In this document: one piece after another, positions 1 to 10,038 of the stretch | How positions within the stretch are numbered: the first letter of the stretch is position 1 | Layout: the number at the start of each line of letters is the position of its first letter | Source: Actinomycetota bacterium | Lineage (GTDB): Bacteria; Actinomycetota; Aquicultoria; Subteraquimicrobiales; Subteraquimicrobiaceae | Assembly (NCBI GenBank): GCA_030018275.1 | Contig: JASEGB010000002.1 | Location: 59,638 to 123,637 of the forward strand | Direction: 5' to 3' | Length of the DNA stretch: 64,000 bases | Notes under the pieces: generated by a model | What the model was told of the DNA's origin: nothing | What the model saw: only the letters and a program-made list of their open reading frames with translations | The model's database searches: none | Made by a program: the position numbers and the translations under genes

Positions 1-269
1 TGGGAACGATCAAGGTACCTGGTATAGGGATCGTTTAAGGACTCCACCATGCCCTTTATTGCTCCCTTGATCAACCTACGGGTGGGGATTTTCTCCAAAT
101 AGGTACGTTGAATCTCCTCCATGGCCTCTTGGACCAACCCCAAAGGATTTCTGGCTCTTTCCTCCTCCGCCCCTATTTGCCTTCCCAGGAGGAAACCACC
201 GGTAAAGCAAGCCCCAAGAAACATCAACAGCAGGAAAACTCCCGCTGCTACCAGGATAATCCTTTTGAA
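1..269 (-). CDS. Carboxy-terminal processing protease (S41 peptidase), N-terminal part. Partial: the gene runs off the left window edge.
   Basis: Minus-strand frame reads MFKRIILVAAGVFLLLMFLGACFTGGFLLGRQIGAEEERARNPLGLVQEAMEEIQRTYLEKIPTRRLIKGAIKGMVESLNDPYTRYLD. This is an N-terminal TM anchor followed by the S41/CtpA-type 'GAIxGMxxSLxDPYTxYL' region. TTG start after a GAGGTG RBS at about 269. The frame differs from the listed 76..279 ORF. Position downstream of ftsEX is typical. Confidence 0.55.
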
Positions 270-291
270 CAATCTTCACACCTCAATTCCA

Positions 292-1203
292 CTATACTCT
301 CAAAAACTTCCTCAGCGCTATAGCACTCCCAGTAACTCCTATGAGGATCCCAGCTAAAGTGAGAATCAGCATGAGCTTCCAGAAAATGACTTCACTGAAG
401 GATATGGGCAGGAAGGGCAATGCTTCTTTAGCCTTACTTATGAGGGAGAGCCTGGCTATATACAAGACCAAAATGGCGGCAACTGCACCAATTAAACCCT
501 GCAAAATCCCCTCTAATAGGAAGGGCCAGCGGATAAACCAATTGGAGGCTCCCACTAATTTCATTATGGCAATCTCTTTACGCCTGGCGAAGATGGCTAG
601 GCGTATTGTGTTGGCGATTAAAACCAAGGAGGCAAAGCAAAGTACAGCTATAATGATACCCCCTACTACACGGATAATCCAAGTAACTTTAAAAAACTTG
701 GGGATAACCTTCTGCCCGTATTTTATATCCCTCTCCAAATCATCGACGAGGTTGTGGATGCCCGATCGTTGCTTTATTTTTCTCACCGTTGAAGCGACCA
801 AACGGGGATTCTTCAGCCTTATCTCAAGAGAGGCGGGGAGAGGATTTCCAGAGACCGCTTCCAACAGCTCGGGTTGGTCTTTGAGATCCTTCTTCAATCG
901 CTCCCAAGCCTCTTCCTTGGAAATGTAATAAACCTTCGACACCTCAGACCATGAAAGAATTTCATTTTGGAGGGTTTTAACCTCACTGGTGGGAGTCGAA
1001 TCCTTTAAAAATACTTGAACCTCCACTTTAGATTCCAAGCCCCTAATGATATTCCCAACAATTAGCGCCAATATCACCACAGCTCCCACTAGAATGAGAC
1101 AGACTGCCACGGTACTCGCCGCAGCGATACTCATCACCCAATTTCTCTTGAAACTGGTCAGGGCTTCTCTGATGAAGTAGAAGATTCTAATCCTCATATC
1201 CAT
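292..1203 (-). CDS. ftsX: Cell division ABC transporter permease FtsX
   Basis: 303 aa. Four TM helices plus a large periplasmic loop give the FtsX topology. The N-terminus [13 protein letters not shown] is typical. The stop of ftsE overlaps the start by 17 nt. Confidence 0.9.
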   Translation of the reverse strand: MDMRIRIFYFIREALTSFKRNWVMSIAAASTVAVCLILVGAVVILALIVGNIIRGLESKVEVQVFLKDSTPTSEVKTLQNEILSWSEVSKVYYISKEEAWERLKKDLKDQPELLEAVSGNPLPASLEIRLKNPRLVASTVRKIKQRSGIHNLVDDLERDIKYGQKVIPKFFKVTWIIRVVGGIIIAVLCFASLVLIANTIRLAIFARRKEIAIMKLVGASNWFIRWPFLLEGILQGLIGAVAAILVLYIARLSLISKAKEALPFLPISFSEVIFWKLMLILTLAGILIGVTGSAIALRKFLRV

Positions 1204-1876
1204 ATACTCCCCGGAGCTGGTCTCGAATCACTCTGCCTTCTTCCAGAGCGATGACCCGCTTCCTGAAATTATTTACTATTTCCCGGTCATGGGTTGCCAT
1301 TAGCACGGTGGTCCCCGTGCGATTAATTCGGCTTAAAAGCGACACGATATCCATGGATGTTGCCGGATCTATGTTTCCCGTGGGTTCATCGGCAAGGAGA
1401 AGGGGAGGACGATTGACAAAAGCTCGGGCAATCGAAACCCTTTGTTGTTCCCCGCCGGAAAGCTCATCAGGATAATTATCGATCTTGTCCTCGAGACCCA
1501 CCAATCTGAGAACCTCAGGAACCTGGATCTTTATTGCATAAAATGGACGACCAATGACCTCAAGAGCAAAGGCTACATTCTCATAGACGGTTTTATTGGG
1601 AAGCAATTTAAAATCCTGGAATACACAACCTATATTTCTCCTTAAGTATGGAACCCTCCATGAACGGAGGTGCACAATGTCCTGCCCTGCTATATATACC
1701 TCCCCCTTGGTTGGCAATATTTCCCTCAAGAGGAGCCTAATGATGGTGGTTTTCCCAGAACCTGTGGGACCGACTATGAACACGAATTCCCCTTTTTGTA
1801 CGGTGATATTTACATCCTGTAGCGCGGGTTTACTCCCTTCATAAATCTTTGTGACATCCTTCATTTGAATCATCAT
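1187..1876 (-). CDS. ftsE: Cell division ATP-binding protein FtsE (ABC ATPase)
   Basis: 229 aa. Walker [13 protein letters not shown] signature LSGGEQQR and Walker B LLLADEP are present. It sits immediately upstream of ftsX. Confidence 0.92.
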   Translation of the reverse strand: MMIQMKDVTKIYEGSKPALQDVNITVQKGEFVFIVGPTGSGKTTIIRLLLREILPTKGEVYIAGQDIVHLRSWRVPYLRRNIGCVFQDFKLLPNKTVYENVAFALEVIGRPFYAIKIQVPEVLRLVGLEDKIDNYPDELSGGEQQRVSIARAFVNRPPLLLADEPTGNIDPATSMDIVSLLSRINRTGTTVLMATHDREIVNNFRKRVIALEEGRVIRDQLRGVYGYED

Positions 1877-1999
1877 CTTTGGTTCACTCCCAAAGCAAAT
1901 ATATTAACATAGGCTAGACATAAATCTTAATTAAGCTCATCTCAAATCAAATTCAAAATTCAGGTTCTTCTCCATTTTTAGTGGATACTCTTTTTCTCT

Positions 2000-2085
2000 C
2001 CTTTGATGGGAGCATATCTTTTTGACCTTGATGGGAGGAATCTTTTTTGTCTTCCCCTCCCTTGATGGGAGGGGATTGAGGGAGG
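2000..2085. repeat. Three direct copies of YTTGATGGGAG in the ftsE upstream region
   Basis: tcctttgatgggagc ... gaccttgatgggaggaa ... cccttgatgggagggga, spaced about 24 and 40 bp apart, between the tkt stop and the ftsE start. Confidence 0.5.
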
Positions 2086-2319
2086 GTACTACAAAGAACT
2101 TTCTCTTATTATCTCCAATACTCCCTCGATATTTTCAAGGATTTCATTGTCTTCGATATCTTTATCTCTATCTTTTTCTTTTTGATGTTGTCCACCATCG
2201 ACTTCTACTACAATCCTTTTCTCAAGACAAACAAAATCTACAATATACTCACCACTTGGCTGTTGCCGTCTAAACTTTAAACCACTTCAATCACCCCTAC
2301 CTTCAACTGCAAAATCTTC

Positions 2320-3273
2320 CTATACCCATTTTCTACTCAATACTCTCCCTACAGCTTCCACGATATCCTGGCTGGTGAGTCCATAATGCTTGAGAAGCTC
2401 TGCAGCCGAACCGGATTGACCGAACTCATCCCTGATGCCTACCCTAGCTATAGGAGTGGGCGTTGTCTCCGCGAGCAATTCAGCTATGGCGCTCCCAAGT
2501 CCCCCTATTATGGTATGTTCCTCGGCAGTAACCACAGCTTTCGTCTTCTCAACGGATTCTAAAATGCCTTCGGCATCCAAGGGCTTTATGGTGGGTACGT
2601 TGATGACCTCGACGCTTATTCCCTTCTCCCCTAGCTTCTCCGCGGCTTCGAGCGCTTCATTGACCATAATGCCGATGGCGAAAATCGTAACGTCCGACCC
2701 TTTCCTCAATTTTAAAATCTCACCGAATCTAAACCTGTAATTCACATCGAATATAATGGGAGCGGGTTCGCGACCCAGCCTGATGAATATTGGACCTTCG
2801 ATGTGATAGGCTGCCTTTACTGCCTCCCGCGCCTCAAAGTAATCCGCCGGTACAACCACCTTCATGTTTGGAACAGCCCGCATGACTGCGATATCTTCGA
2901 CGGATTGGTGAGAAGAACCATCCGCCCCCACGGAAATCCCAGCATGAGTTGGACAGAGTTTAACATTAAGATTTGAGTAGGCAATAGTGTTTCTCACTTG
3001 CTCAAAAGCACGCCCGGTGGCAAAGATGGCAAAAGATCCCGTGTAACAAACCTTACCACAGGTGGAGATTCCAGCTGCAATATCCATCATGTTTTGCTCG
3101 GCGATCCCACATTCGATAAACCGCTCCGGATAAGCATTGGCGAACTTAATGCTGGTCGTGGATTTAGCTAGATCTGCATCGAGGACAACAACATTTGGAT
3201 ATTTTGCTCCAAGTTCCAGCAGAGCATCCCCATATGCCTCTCTAGTCGCCCTCTTCTCTCTTAAATGGTTCAC
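2320..3273 (-). CDS. Transketolase, C-terminal subunit
   Basis: 317 aa. Pyrimidine-binding and C-terminal domains of a split transketolase. GTG start. Paired with the N-terminal subunit upstream. Confidence 0.9.
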   Translation of the reverse strand: MNHLREKRATREAYGDALLELGAKYPNVVVLDADLAKSTTSIKFANAYPERFIECGIAEQNMMDIAAGISTCGKVCYTGSFAIFATGRAFEQVRNTIAYSNLNVKLCPTHAGISVGADGSSHQSVEDIAVMRAVPNMKVVVPADYFEAREAVKAAYHIEGPIFIRLGREPAPIIFDVNYRFRFGEILKLRKGSDVTIFAIGIMVNEALEAAEKLGEKGISVEVINVPTIKPLDAEGILESVEKTKAVVTAEEHTIIGGLGSAIAELLAETTPTPIARVGIRDEFGQSGSAAELLKHYGLTSQDIVEAVGRVLSRKWV

Positions 3274-3297
3274 CGTTCACCGCTCACAGTTTACAGT
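3267..3297. repeat. Tandem heptamer array (GTTCACC family), copy A. It overlaps the tkt C-subunit start codon.
   Basis: Plus strand reads ggttcacc gttcacc gctcaca gtttaca. Minus-strand reading is CTGTGAG CGGTGAA CGGTGAA CC, which includes GTG start. Confidence 0.7.
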
Positions 3298-3308
3298 AAA
3301 ATGTACAT

Positions 3309-3353
3309 GGGCATAAATCCTCGAATATATTTTTCTGAAGGGGGTGGGCTAAT
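3309..3353. promoter_or_regulatory. Conserved roughly 45-bp leader motif, copy 1, upstream of the tkt C-subunit gene
   Basis: gcataaatcctcgaatatatttttctgaagggggtgggctaa is near-identical to the motif at 5088-5132 (cataaatcccgaatattcttccgaaggaggtgggctaa). Confidence 0.5.
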
Positions 3354-3411
3354 TCTAAAATTATGATCACCCACAGTAATTATGTCGAGATTAAGCTCAT
3401 ATTTTTGTAGT

Positions 3412-4251
3412 TTAACCCCTTTTTTCCAGCTCTTTAAGCGCTTTCTCCATTTGCTCCTTACTAGGAGCCTTACCATGCCACTCCACCCGGCCTTCCATGA
3501 AGGAGACTCCCTTCCCCTTGAGGGTATGAGCGATAATTATGCAGGGCTTCCCCTTGGTTTTATCGGCCTCAATGAGGGTATCCACGATATCCAAAACATT
3601 GTGCCCATTCACTTCGAGCACACGCCATCCAAAGGCAGACCACTTATCGGCGATGGGTTGAATCTCCATGACATCGCTCACCGGTCCATCTATTTGTAAG
3701 CCGTTGTAATCGAGGATGGCGACCAAGTTGTCCAATTTATAATGGGAAGCGAACATTGCCGTCTCCCAAACTTCACCCTCCTGGCTTTCCCCATCGCCTA
3801 TAAGGACATAGACATGGTAATCTCTCGCATCCATCTTCCCAGCTAAAGCCATTCCAGTTGCAGCCGCAAATCCGTGAGCCAAAGCTCCGGTGGATATCTC
3901 CACACCCAATACCTTTTTCATATCCGGATGTCCCTGTAAAATGCTTCCCAACCTTCTTAAGGTCCATAAAATATCGACGGGAAAGTAATCACATTCGGCT
4001 AAAGTGGCGTAAAGGAGGGGACATGCATGACCTTTACTCAATACAAATCTATCGCGGTCAGGCCATTTGGGATCTTCCGGACGGTGTCGCATGTGATGAA
4101 AATAGAGAGTGGCAACAATATCCGCTGCAGAGAGAGAACCTCCTGGATGACCGGAGCCTGCTTCTCCAATCATCCTTATAATATTCCATCGAAGAGTACG
4201 TGCCTTTTCTTCTAAAAAAGTTCTTAGTTTTTCGCGATCCAAAAGGTTCAC
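3412..4251 (-). CDS. Transketolase, N-terminal subunit (TPP-binding)
   Basis: 279 aa. Carries the thiamine-diphosphate binding motif region. GDGESQEGEVWE is characteristic of the transketolase N-terminal section. Confidence 0.9.
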   Translation of the reverse strand: MNLLDREKLRTFLEEKARTLRWNIIRMIGEAGSGHPGGSLSAADIVATLYFHHMRHRPEDPKWPDRDRFVLSKGHACPLLYATLAECDYFPVDILWTLRRLGSILQGHPDMKKVLGVEISTGALAHGFAAATGMALAGKMDARDYHVYVLIGDGESQEGEVWETAMFASHYKLDNLVAILDYNGLQIDGPVSDVMEIQPIADKWSAFGWRVLEVNGHNVLDIVDTLIEADKTKGKPCIIIAHTLKGKGVSFMEGRVEWHGKAPSKEQMEKALKELEKRG

Positions 4252-4324
4252 CTAATATCCAACAATATCGCTGCGCTCCTTATTTATATTCGCAGCTTCT
4301 CTCCATATACCTCCATTAAAATCC

Positions 4325-5068
4325 TCAAGTCCTTACCGCAAATTTTATTTCTTTCTTCCTTTCCACAAAATTTAAGACCTTATCTAACGAGCAATTTAAT
4401 ATATTCTCCTTAAGATACCCCGCTTCAAGGGCGAGTTTAATTGCTTCCCCAAACTCGCCAACTCCCTGGGCTAAATGAGCATCGCTGCTGATAATGATGT
4501 CCAAATTATGCCTTCGTGCAACCTTGGCAATCTCCAGATCGTATGCGTAACTACCCACTCGACTGGTACTCGTCAAAAATGAACTATTATTGATTTCAAA
4601 TAAAGCATCATGGGCTGCGGCTGCAGCTACCACCTCTTCGGCATCGATAGGAAAATTTGGATTTCCCGGGTGAACGATCACATCTACAAAGGGGTTTCTG
4701 ATTGCACCCAATAGTGCTCTCGTATTCTCCCTCGTAGTTTTCCCCTCATAACCGCAGCGAGGGTGGAAGCCGACGTGAACTATATCCAGAGTCTTGAGGA
4801 GATCCTGGGGCAAATCAAGATTCCCTCCCGAATCCACGATATTGGCTTCGACCCCCTTCAAAATCCGTACTCCATACAACTCCCTGGGTACTACCCTTAA
4901 ATTCCAGAAATGGTAAGCATGTGCTCCCCCGGGCAAACCAGGGCCATGATCCGTAATGGCAATGAGCTTCAGACCTTTAAGGGCTGCAGCCTTCGCTATC
5001 TCATCGATGGTGCTATATGCATGACCACTGGCAACCGTATGTATATGAAGATCTGCTACTAATTTCAT
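4325..5068 (-). CDS. PHP-domain phosphoesterase (YcdX-like)
   Basis: 247 aa. N-terminal HIHT motif and multiple conserved His/Asp residues of the PHP fold. Confidence 0.75.
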   Translation of the reverse strand: MKLVADLHIHTVASGHAYSTIDEIAKAAALKGLKLIAITDHGPGLPGGAHAYHFWNLRVVPRELYGVRILKGVEANIVDSGGNLDLPQDLLKTLDIVHVGFHPRCGYEGKTTRENTRALLGAIRNPFVDVIVHPGNPNFPIDAEEVVAAAAAHDALFEINNSSFLTSTSRVGSYAYDLEIAKVARRHNLDIIISSDAHLAQGVGEFGEAIKLALEAGYLKENILNCSLDKVLNFVERKKEIKFAVRT

Positions 5069-5087
5069 TCATTCCACCTTGTGCATG

Positions 5088-5132
5088 GTTCATAAATCCC
5101 GAATATTCTTCCGAAGGAGGTGGGCTAAGGAG
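5088..5132. promoter_or_regulatory. Conserved roughly 45-bp leader motif, copy 2, upstream of the PHP gene
   Basis: See 3309-3353. It lies 20 to 60 nt upstream of the PHP ATG on the minus strand. Confidence 0.5.
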
Positions 5133-5148
5133 GCTCTAGGCTTCTTTC

Positions 5149-6247
5149 TTATCCCCTTCTTCGTCTATGGAAAGCGATGATGAAATCATCGAGGTTTCCG
5201 TCCAAAACCTCTTGAACATTACCAGTTTCAAGATCAGTTCGATGATCCTTCACCAGACTATAGGGATGTAGGATATATGACCTGATCTGACTTCCCCAGG
5301 CAATCTCCTTCCTCTCACCTCGAAGTTCCTCTATCTTCTTTCGCCTTTCCTCCTGCATCCTCTCATATAGCCTGGCTCGCAAAATCTTCATCGCCGTTTC
5401 TTTGTTTTGAAATTGAGAACGTTCACTCTGACATTGGGCTACTATACCGCTGGGAAGATGGGTGATTCGGACGGCGGAATCCGTCACATTAACATATTGA
5501 CCACCGGGTCCCGTAGCCCTGTAGGTTTCCACCTTGAGATCCTTGGGATCGATGCTTACCTCTATCTTTTCATCTATCAATGGGATAACATCCACGGAAG
5601 CAAAGGAGGTATGTCTTCTCCTTTGAAAATCGTAGGGGGAAATTCTGACCAATCTATGGATACCCTTTTCAGCCTTAAGGAGTCCGTAGGCATATTTTCC
5701 ATGTACGGTGAAGGTGGCATCCTTTATCCCAGCTTCTTCCCCCGGAGAGACCTCATTTACTTCCACCTTAAATCCCTTGCGCTCGGACCAGCGAAGATAC
5801 GTCCTCAAAAGTATTTCCGCCCAATCCTGGGACTCGATACCACCAGCACCGGGATGGATATTGACTATGGCATCCAGTGAATCAAATTTCTCCCTAAACC
5901 AACTGCGAATTTCAAGATCCTCGACCTTTTGCTTAAGTTTCCTAAGGGATTTACCCACATCCTCGCTCAGAGCTATGTCACCTTCGGATATAGCAAGCTC
6001 ATTTAAAAGACAGAGGTCGTTATATTCTTCATTCATTCTTTCCCAGGAGGACACATCATCCTTCAAATCGCTTAAGCTCGACATGATCCTCTGTGCCCTT
6101 CGAGTATCATCCCAAAATCCCGGTTTAGCCGCCTCCGATTCGAGCTTTTTAATTCTCTCTCTCTTCCCCTCAATGTCAAAAATAATCCCCGATTTTTTCT
6201 ATTCTTTCACCAAGCCTTTGGAGTTCGTCAGAGTAGTCAATAAACAT
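5149..6247 (-). CDS. prfB: Peptide chain release factor 2, made by a programmed +1 ribosomal frameshift
   Basis: The main ORF has SPF and GGQ motifs. The upstream short frame MFIDYSDELQRLGERIEKIGDYF ends at an in-frame TGA in the context GGGGAT TAT TTT TGA C. After the shift it reads DIEGKRERIKKLESEAAKPGFWDD. This is the classic RF2 autoregulatory site. Confidence 0.9.
6170..6185 (-). other. prfB +1 frameshift site, TTT TGA C, with an upstream SD-like GGGGAT
   Basis: Read directly in the minus-strand sequence. The UGA lies at about 6177-6179. Confidence 0.85.
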
Positions 6248-6303
6248 TGCAATCCCACCTCTTTCACACAAATTTAGGCTTCCTAATTGACTAGACACTT
6301 AGT

Positions 6304-9069
6304 TTATCTGCCACAACACTTCTTGTATTTCTTGCCGCTACCACAAGGGCAAGGTTCATTCCTTCCTATCTTTCTCTTCTTCACGGGCTGAGTTGGAGTC
6401 GCTCTATAATCATCTCCAACGGCCTTGGGCATAGCGGGCATAACTGGTTCTCGAACTACCTGGACATGGAAGATATATCTGATGAAATCCTCCTTTATGC
6501 TCTGGGTCAAGTTTTGAAACATCTCAAAGGCTTCGTTTTTATACTCAATTAAGGGATCCCTTTGACCGATAGCCCTTAAACCGATGCCCTCCTTTAAATA
6601 ATCCATCTCGTAGAGGTGCTCTCCCCACTTATTGTCTATCACCTGAAGCATGATCATCCGCTCCAGCTCGCGCATCGTCTCCGCTCCCAGATCTTCTTCT
6701 CTCCTCTTATAAATCTCCTTAGCGGATTCCAGAAGCTCTTCAAATAATTGGTCTTGTGTTAGACTTTGCAGGTCAAGGACATCTTTACCCAAAGGAAGGG
6801 GATAAAGACTCCTAATGTAATCAAATAATCCATCTAAATCCCACTGCTCGGGATGGGTATTTCTATTGGTGAAAGTCTCAATGGCTTCCCTTATTACATC
6901 CTCCATTATATTCTGCACTTCATCATGGAGATTATCGCCCGATAGACATTTGGCTCTTTGCTCGTAAATCACCTCTCGCTGCTTATTCATGACATCGTCA
7001 TATTCCAAAACATGCTTTCTGATCTCAAAGTTTTGGGATTCAACCTGGCGTTGAGCGGTCTCAATGGATTTGGTGATCATCGAGTGTTCAATGGGCATAT
7101 CATTGGGTATGCCCATTCTCTCCATCAGTTTACCGACCCTATCCGAACCAAAAAGCCTCATTAAGTCATCTTCCAATGAAATATAAAATTGAGATGAGCC
7201 TGGATCACCCTGGCGTCCGGAACGACCCCTAAGCTGATTATCGATTCGCCTGGCCTCGTGGCGCTCGGTGCCGATGACATGTAACCCGCCCAGTTGTTTG
7301 ACTTCCTCAGCCATTTGGGGATCGGGAGGATTACCACCCAAAATGATGTCCACACCGCGACCAGCCATGTTGGTGGCAATGGTCACTGCGTGCTTTTTTC
7401 CCGCTTGGGCAATGATCTGGGCTTCCATCTCATGATATTTAGCGTTAAGAACCTGGTGGGGGATACCCCGTCGCTTGAGCATCTTACTTAGGCGTTCGGA
7501 TTTTTCAATGAAGATCGTACCCACTAACACCGGCTGACCTCTTTTATGCCTCTCGACGATATCGTCGACTACGGCTTTAAACTTGGCTTCTTCGGTTTTA
7601 TAAATCACATCGGATAAATCCTTTCGGATCATTGGCTTATTAGTGGGAATAACCACCGTCTCCAAGCCATAAATGTGCATGAATTCATCGGCCTCTGTGG
7701 CTGCGGTTCCAGTCATTCCCGCGAGCTTCTCATACATCCTGAAATAATTCTGCAAAGTAATAGTGGCTAGGGTTTGATTCTCCTCCTTTATCGCCACCCT
7801 TTCCTTCGCCTCGATGGCTTCATGAAGACCATCGCTGTACCTTCTTCCAAACATCAAACGTCCCGTGAACTCATCAACGATGATGACCTGGTTATCTTTC
7901 ACTACATAATCCCGATCCCTCTTAAACAGAGAATAAGCCTTCATGCTTTGTTTGTATCGATTCAGCCACTCAATTATGGGTACACCATAGGGGGATTGGG
8001 TTAAATCCACCAAATCATCGACACTGATATCCAATGCTTTGGCAATCCTCTGTTCTCCTCTATGAGTTATCTTTATGGTTTGCTCCTTCTCATTGGCGAC
8101 GAAATCATACTTATATTCATGCTTCTCTGGGTCAACCTCGGGATTCTTATCGTCTTTCGCCACCAAAAGCCAGCGCATGCGTGAAACATCTTGGTTAACC
8201 TTTCTGCAAATTCTACTCCTATCCTCAGCAGAACCAGAAATGATGAGAGGAGTCCTCGCTTCATCGATTAAGATGCTGTCCACCTCGTCGACGATGGCAT
8301 AGTGATGACCACGTTGAACTCGCTCATCTAGTGAACTTACCATATTATCCCTCAAATAATCGAAGCCAAATTCGGTATTCGTACCATAGGTGACATCAGC
8401 TTCGTAAGCTTCTCGCCGCTCAATGGGACGGAGGTTCTTCAAGCGTTCATCCTCGGCGGGATAATTAGGGTCAAATAGATACGCCGCATCGTGCTGAAGA
8501 ACTCCAACGGAAAGACCCAGAAAATGGTAGATGGGACCCATCCATTGGGTATCACGCTTGGCCAAATAATCATTCACGGTAACCACGTGGACGCCCTTCC
8601 CAAACAGAGCATTGAGATAAACGGGAAGGGTTGCGACTAAGGTTTTTCCTTCACCGGTCTTCATCTCAGCGATTTTACCCTCATGAAGGACAATCCCACC
8701 CATGATTTGGACATCGAAATGGCGCATATTTATCGTTCGTTTGGCGACCTCTCTAACAACCGCGTAAACTTCAGGTAGAATTGGATCCAAAATCTTGTTT
8801 CTGACCTGCTTCAACTTTTCGCTGAATTTAATCCTCTCCTCAGGCAGAGCACCTTTAATCTCCTCTTCTAAGCGCTTTAACTCCTCCTCAAATTCTTTTG
8901 ATCTTTCCTGGACGAAGCGCTTAAACTTGAGGGCTTTCGCCTTAAGTTCCTCATCGGGAAGACGACTGATCTCGGGCTCCAATGCATTTACAGCCGCTTC
9001 TCTTTCCTGAAGAGCTTTTAGCTTTTTCCCTTCTCCGAAACGGAGTACCTTATGAATTAAATTAAACAT
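6304..9069 (-). CDS. secA: Preprotein translocase ATPase SecA
   Basis: 921 aa. Contains DEAD-like motor domains. The C-terminal zinc-binding tail is [14 protein letters not shown]. Confidence 0.95.
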   Translation of the reverse strand: MFNLIHKVLRFGEGKKLKALQEREAAVNALEPEISRLPDEELKAKALKFKRFVQERSKEFEEELKRLEEEIKGALPEERIKFSEKLKQVRNKILDPILPEVYAVVREVAKRTINMRHFDVQIMGGIVLHEGKIAEMKTGEGKTLVATLPVYLNALFGKGVHVVTVNDYLAKRDTQWMGPIYHFLGLSVGVLQHDAAYLFDPNYPAEDERLKNLRPIERREAYEADVTYGTNTEFGFDYLRDNMVSSLDERVQRGHHYAIVDEVDSILIDEARTPLIISGSAEDRSRICRKVNQDVSRMRWLLVAKDDKNPEVDPEKHEYKYDFVANEKEQTIKITHRGEQRIAKALDISVDDLVDLTQSPYGVPIIEWLNRYKQSMKAYSLFKRDRDYVVKDNQVIIVDEFTGRLMFGRRYSDGLHEAIEAKERVAIKEENQTLATITLQNYFRMYEKLAGMTGTAATEADEFMHIYGLETVVIPTNKPMIRKDLSDVIYKTEEAKFKAVVDDIVERHKRGQPVLVGTIFIEKSERLSKMLKRRGIPHQVLNAKYHEMEAQIIAQAGKKHAVTIATNMAGRGVDIILGGNPPDPQMAEEVKQLGGLHVIGTERHEARRIDNQLRGRSGRQGDPGSSQFYISLEDDLMRLFGSDRVGKLMERMGIPNDMPIEHSMITKSIETAQRQVESQNFEIRKHVLEYDDVMNKQREVIYEQRAKCLSGDNLHDEVQNIMEDVIREAIETFTNRNTHPEQWDLDGLFDYIRSLYPLPLGKDVLDLQSLTQDQLFEELLESAKEIYKRREEDLGAETMRELERMIMLQVIDNKWGEHLYEMDYLKEGIGLRAIGQRDPLIEYKNEAFEMFQNLTQSIKEDFIRYIFHVQVVREPVMPAMPKAVGDDYRATPTQPVKKRKIGRNEPCPCGSGKKYKKCCGR

Positions 9070-9149
9070 GTATATGCACCTTCAAATTTAGATTTTGTCG
9101 CATTTTACCACTATTTTAACATGGTCTAGCTCCATTCTCACTTTCCCAT

Positions 9150-9620
9150 ACTCAAACCAAAATCTTAACTCTCACAAAATCAATAACCTGTTCCGCAACT
9201 TTAATTGCTTCTTTGGCATCGTCTTCAGTGAATTCCTCAATTGCATACTCCCCAAAGGGACCGCTCCCTTTAACATCCATTTAGCTGCTTTCAAATCATA
9301 TTCTGATTGACATAACCAAACAGTAACATCTGGTCTATTTTCGCTCATAGATTACTTTTCCTTGACTCATTATCTCCTCAAGAAAAGGATTATTGTACTT
9401 GTGCATTTTCTTTAATTCTTGAGGAGTATAAACAAGTGGCTCAAATGGAACAATTATAATCGCACAATTTTAGTACCTCGCCAATACGATCGATTAACCG
9501 CTTTTTCCTAGTTTTTGATTATGAGCATATCTATATCACTATTTTCACTAAATTCTCCACGAGCCGCGGACCGAATAGAATGATCTTCTCTGGTTTATAC
9601 TTTTTGATTACTTGCTCGGC
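9150..9620 (-). pseudogene. Decayed HEPN/MNT toxin-antitoxin pair. The nucleotidyltransferase and HEPN fragments are spread over several frames.
   Basis: Minus-strand frames give GEFSENSDIDMLIIKN (MNT GS..DxD motif), then a stop. TPQELKKMHKYNNPFLEEIMSQGKVIYERK is the MNT C-terminus. MSENRPDVTVWLCQSEYDLKAAKWMLKGAVP followed by EYAIEEFTEDDAKEAIKVAEQVIDFVRVKIL is HEPN-like, frameshifted, with the R-x4-6-H core missing. Confidence 0.45.
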
Positions 9621-10038
9621 AATCCGATTTATTTCTCTCCCAAGCCTCTTTTCTAAACTGCTTTTCGCCACCAAAAATTCTCCTTTCACGCCCAAGGGTT
9701 CTCAAATAAAAACAGTAGTATCTTATCATATTTTAAAAATTCTACCAACTTCCCTCGTCGCTCGTCGCTCGACACTCGACTCTCTTTTAATCAGCCTATT
9801 GACCATCGACTTCCTTCTCTTTCCTATATATATCTTTGCCCGAGTAGAAAAACGCCCAAACATAGAAGTATATATAGCCTAGACATAATTCACGCTTAAT
9901 AATTCGATAAGAGTATCCTGGAAGGCGCATCTTAAGAGAACCGTTAAGCGAGCAAGGCTCGAACAGCGGCGGCAACGGCCGACCCGAACTTATGGAGGGC
10001 GTTCGCCCTTAAGAGAGCAGCGAGTAGGCTCGCAGCAG

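Noticed and set aside
76-357. Listed ORFs 76..279(-), 108..323(+) and 121..357(+) at the left edge
   Set aside because: They overlap a better minus-strand frame that encodes an S41 CtpA-like N-terminus running off the window. Their products are low-complexity and unlike known proteins.
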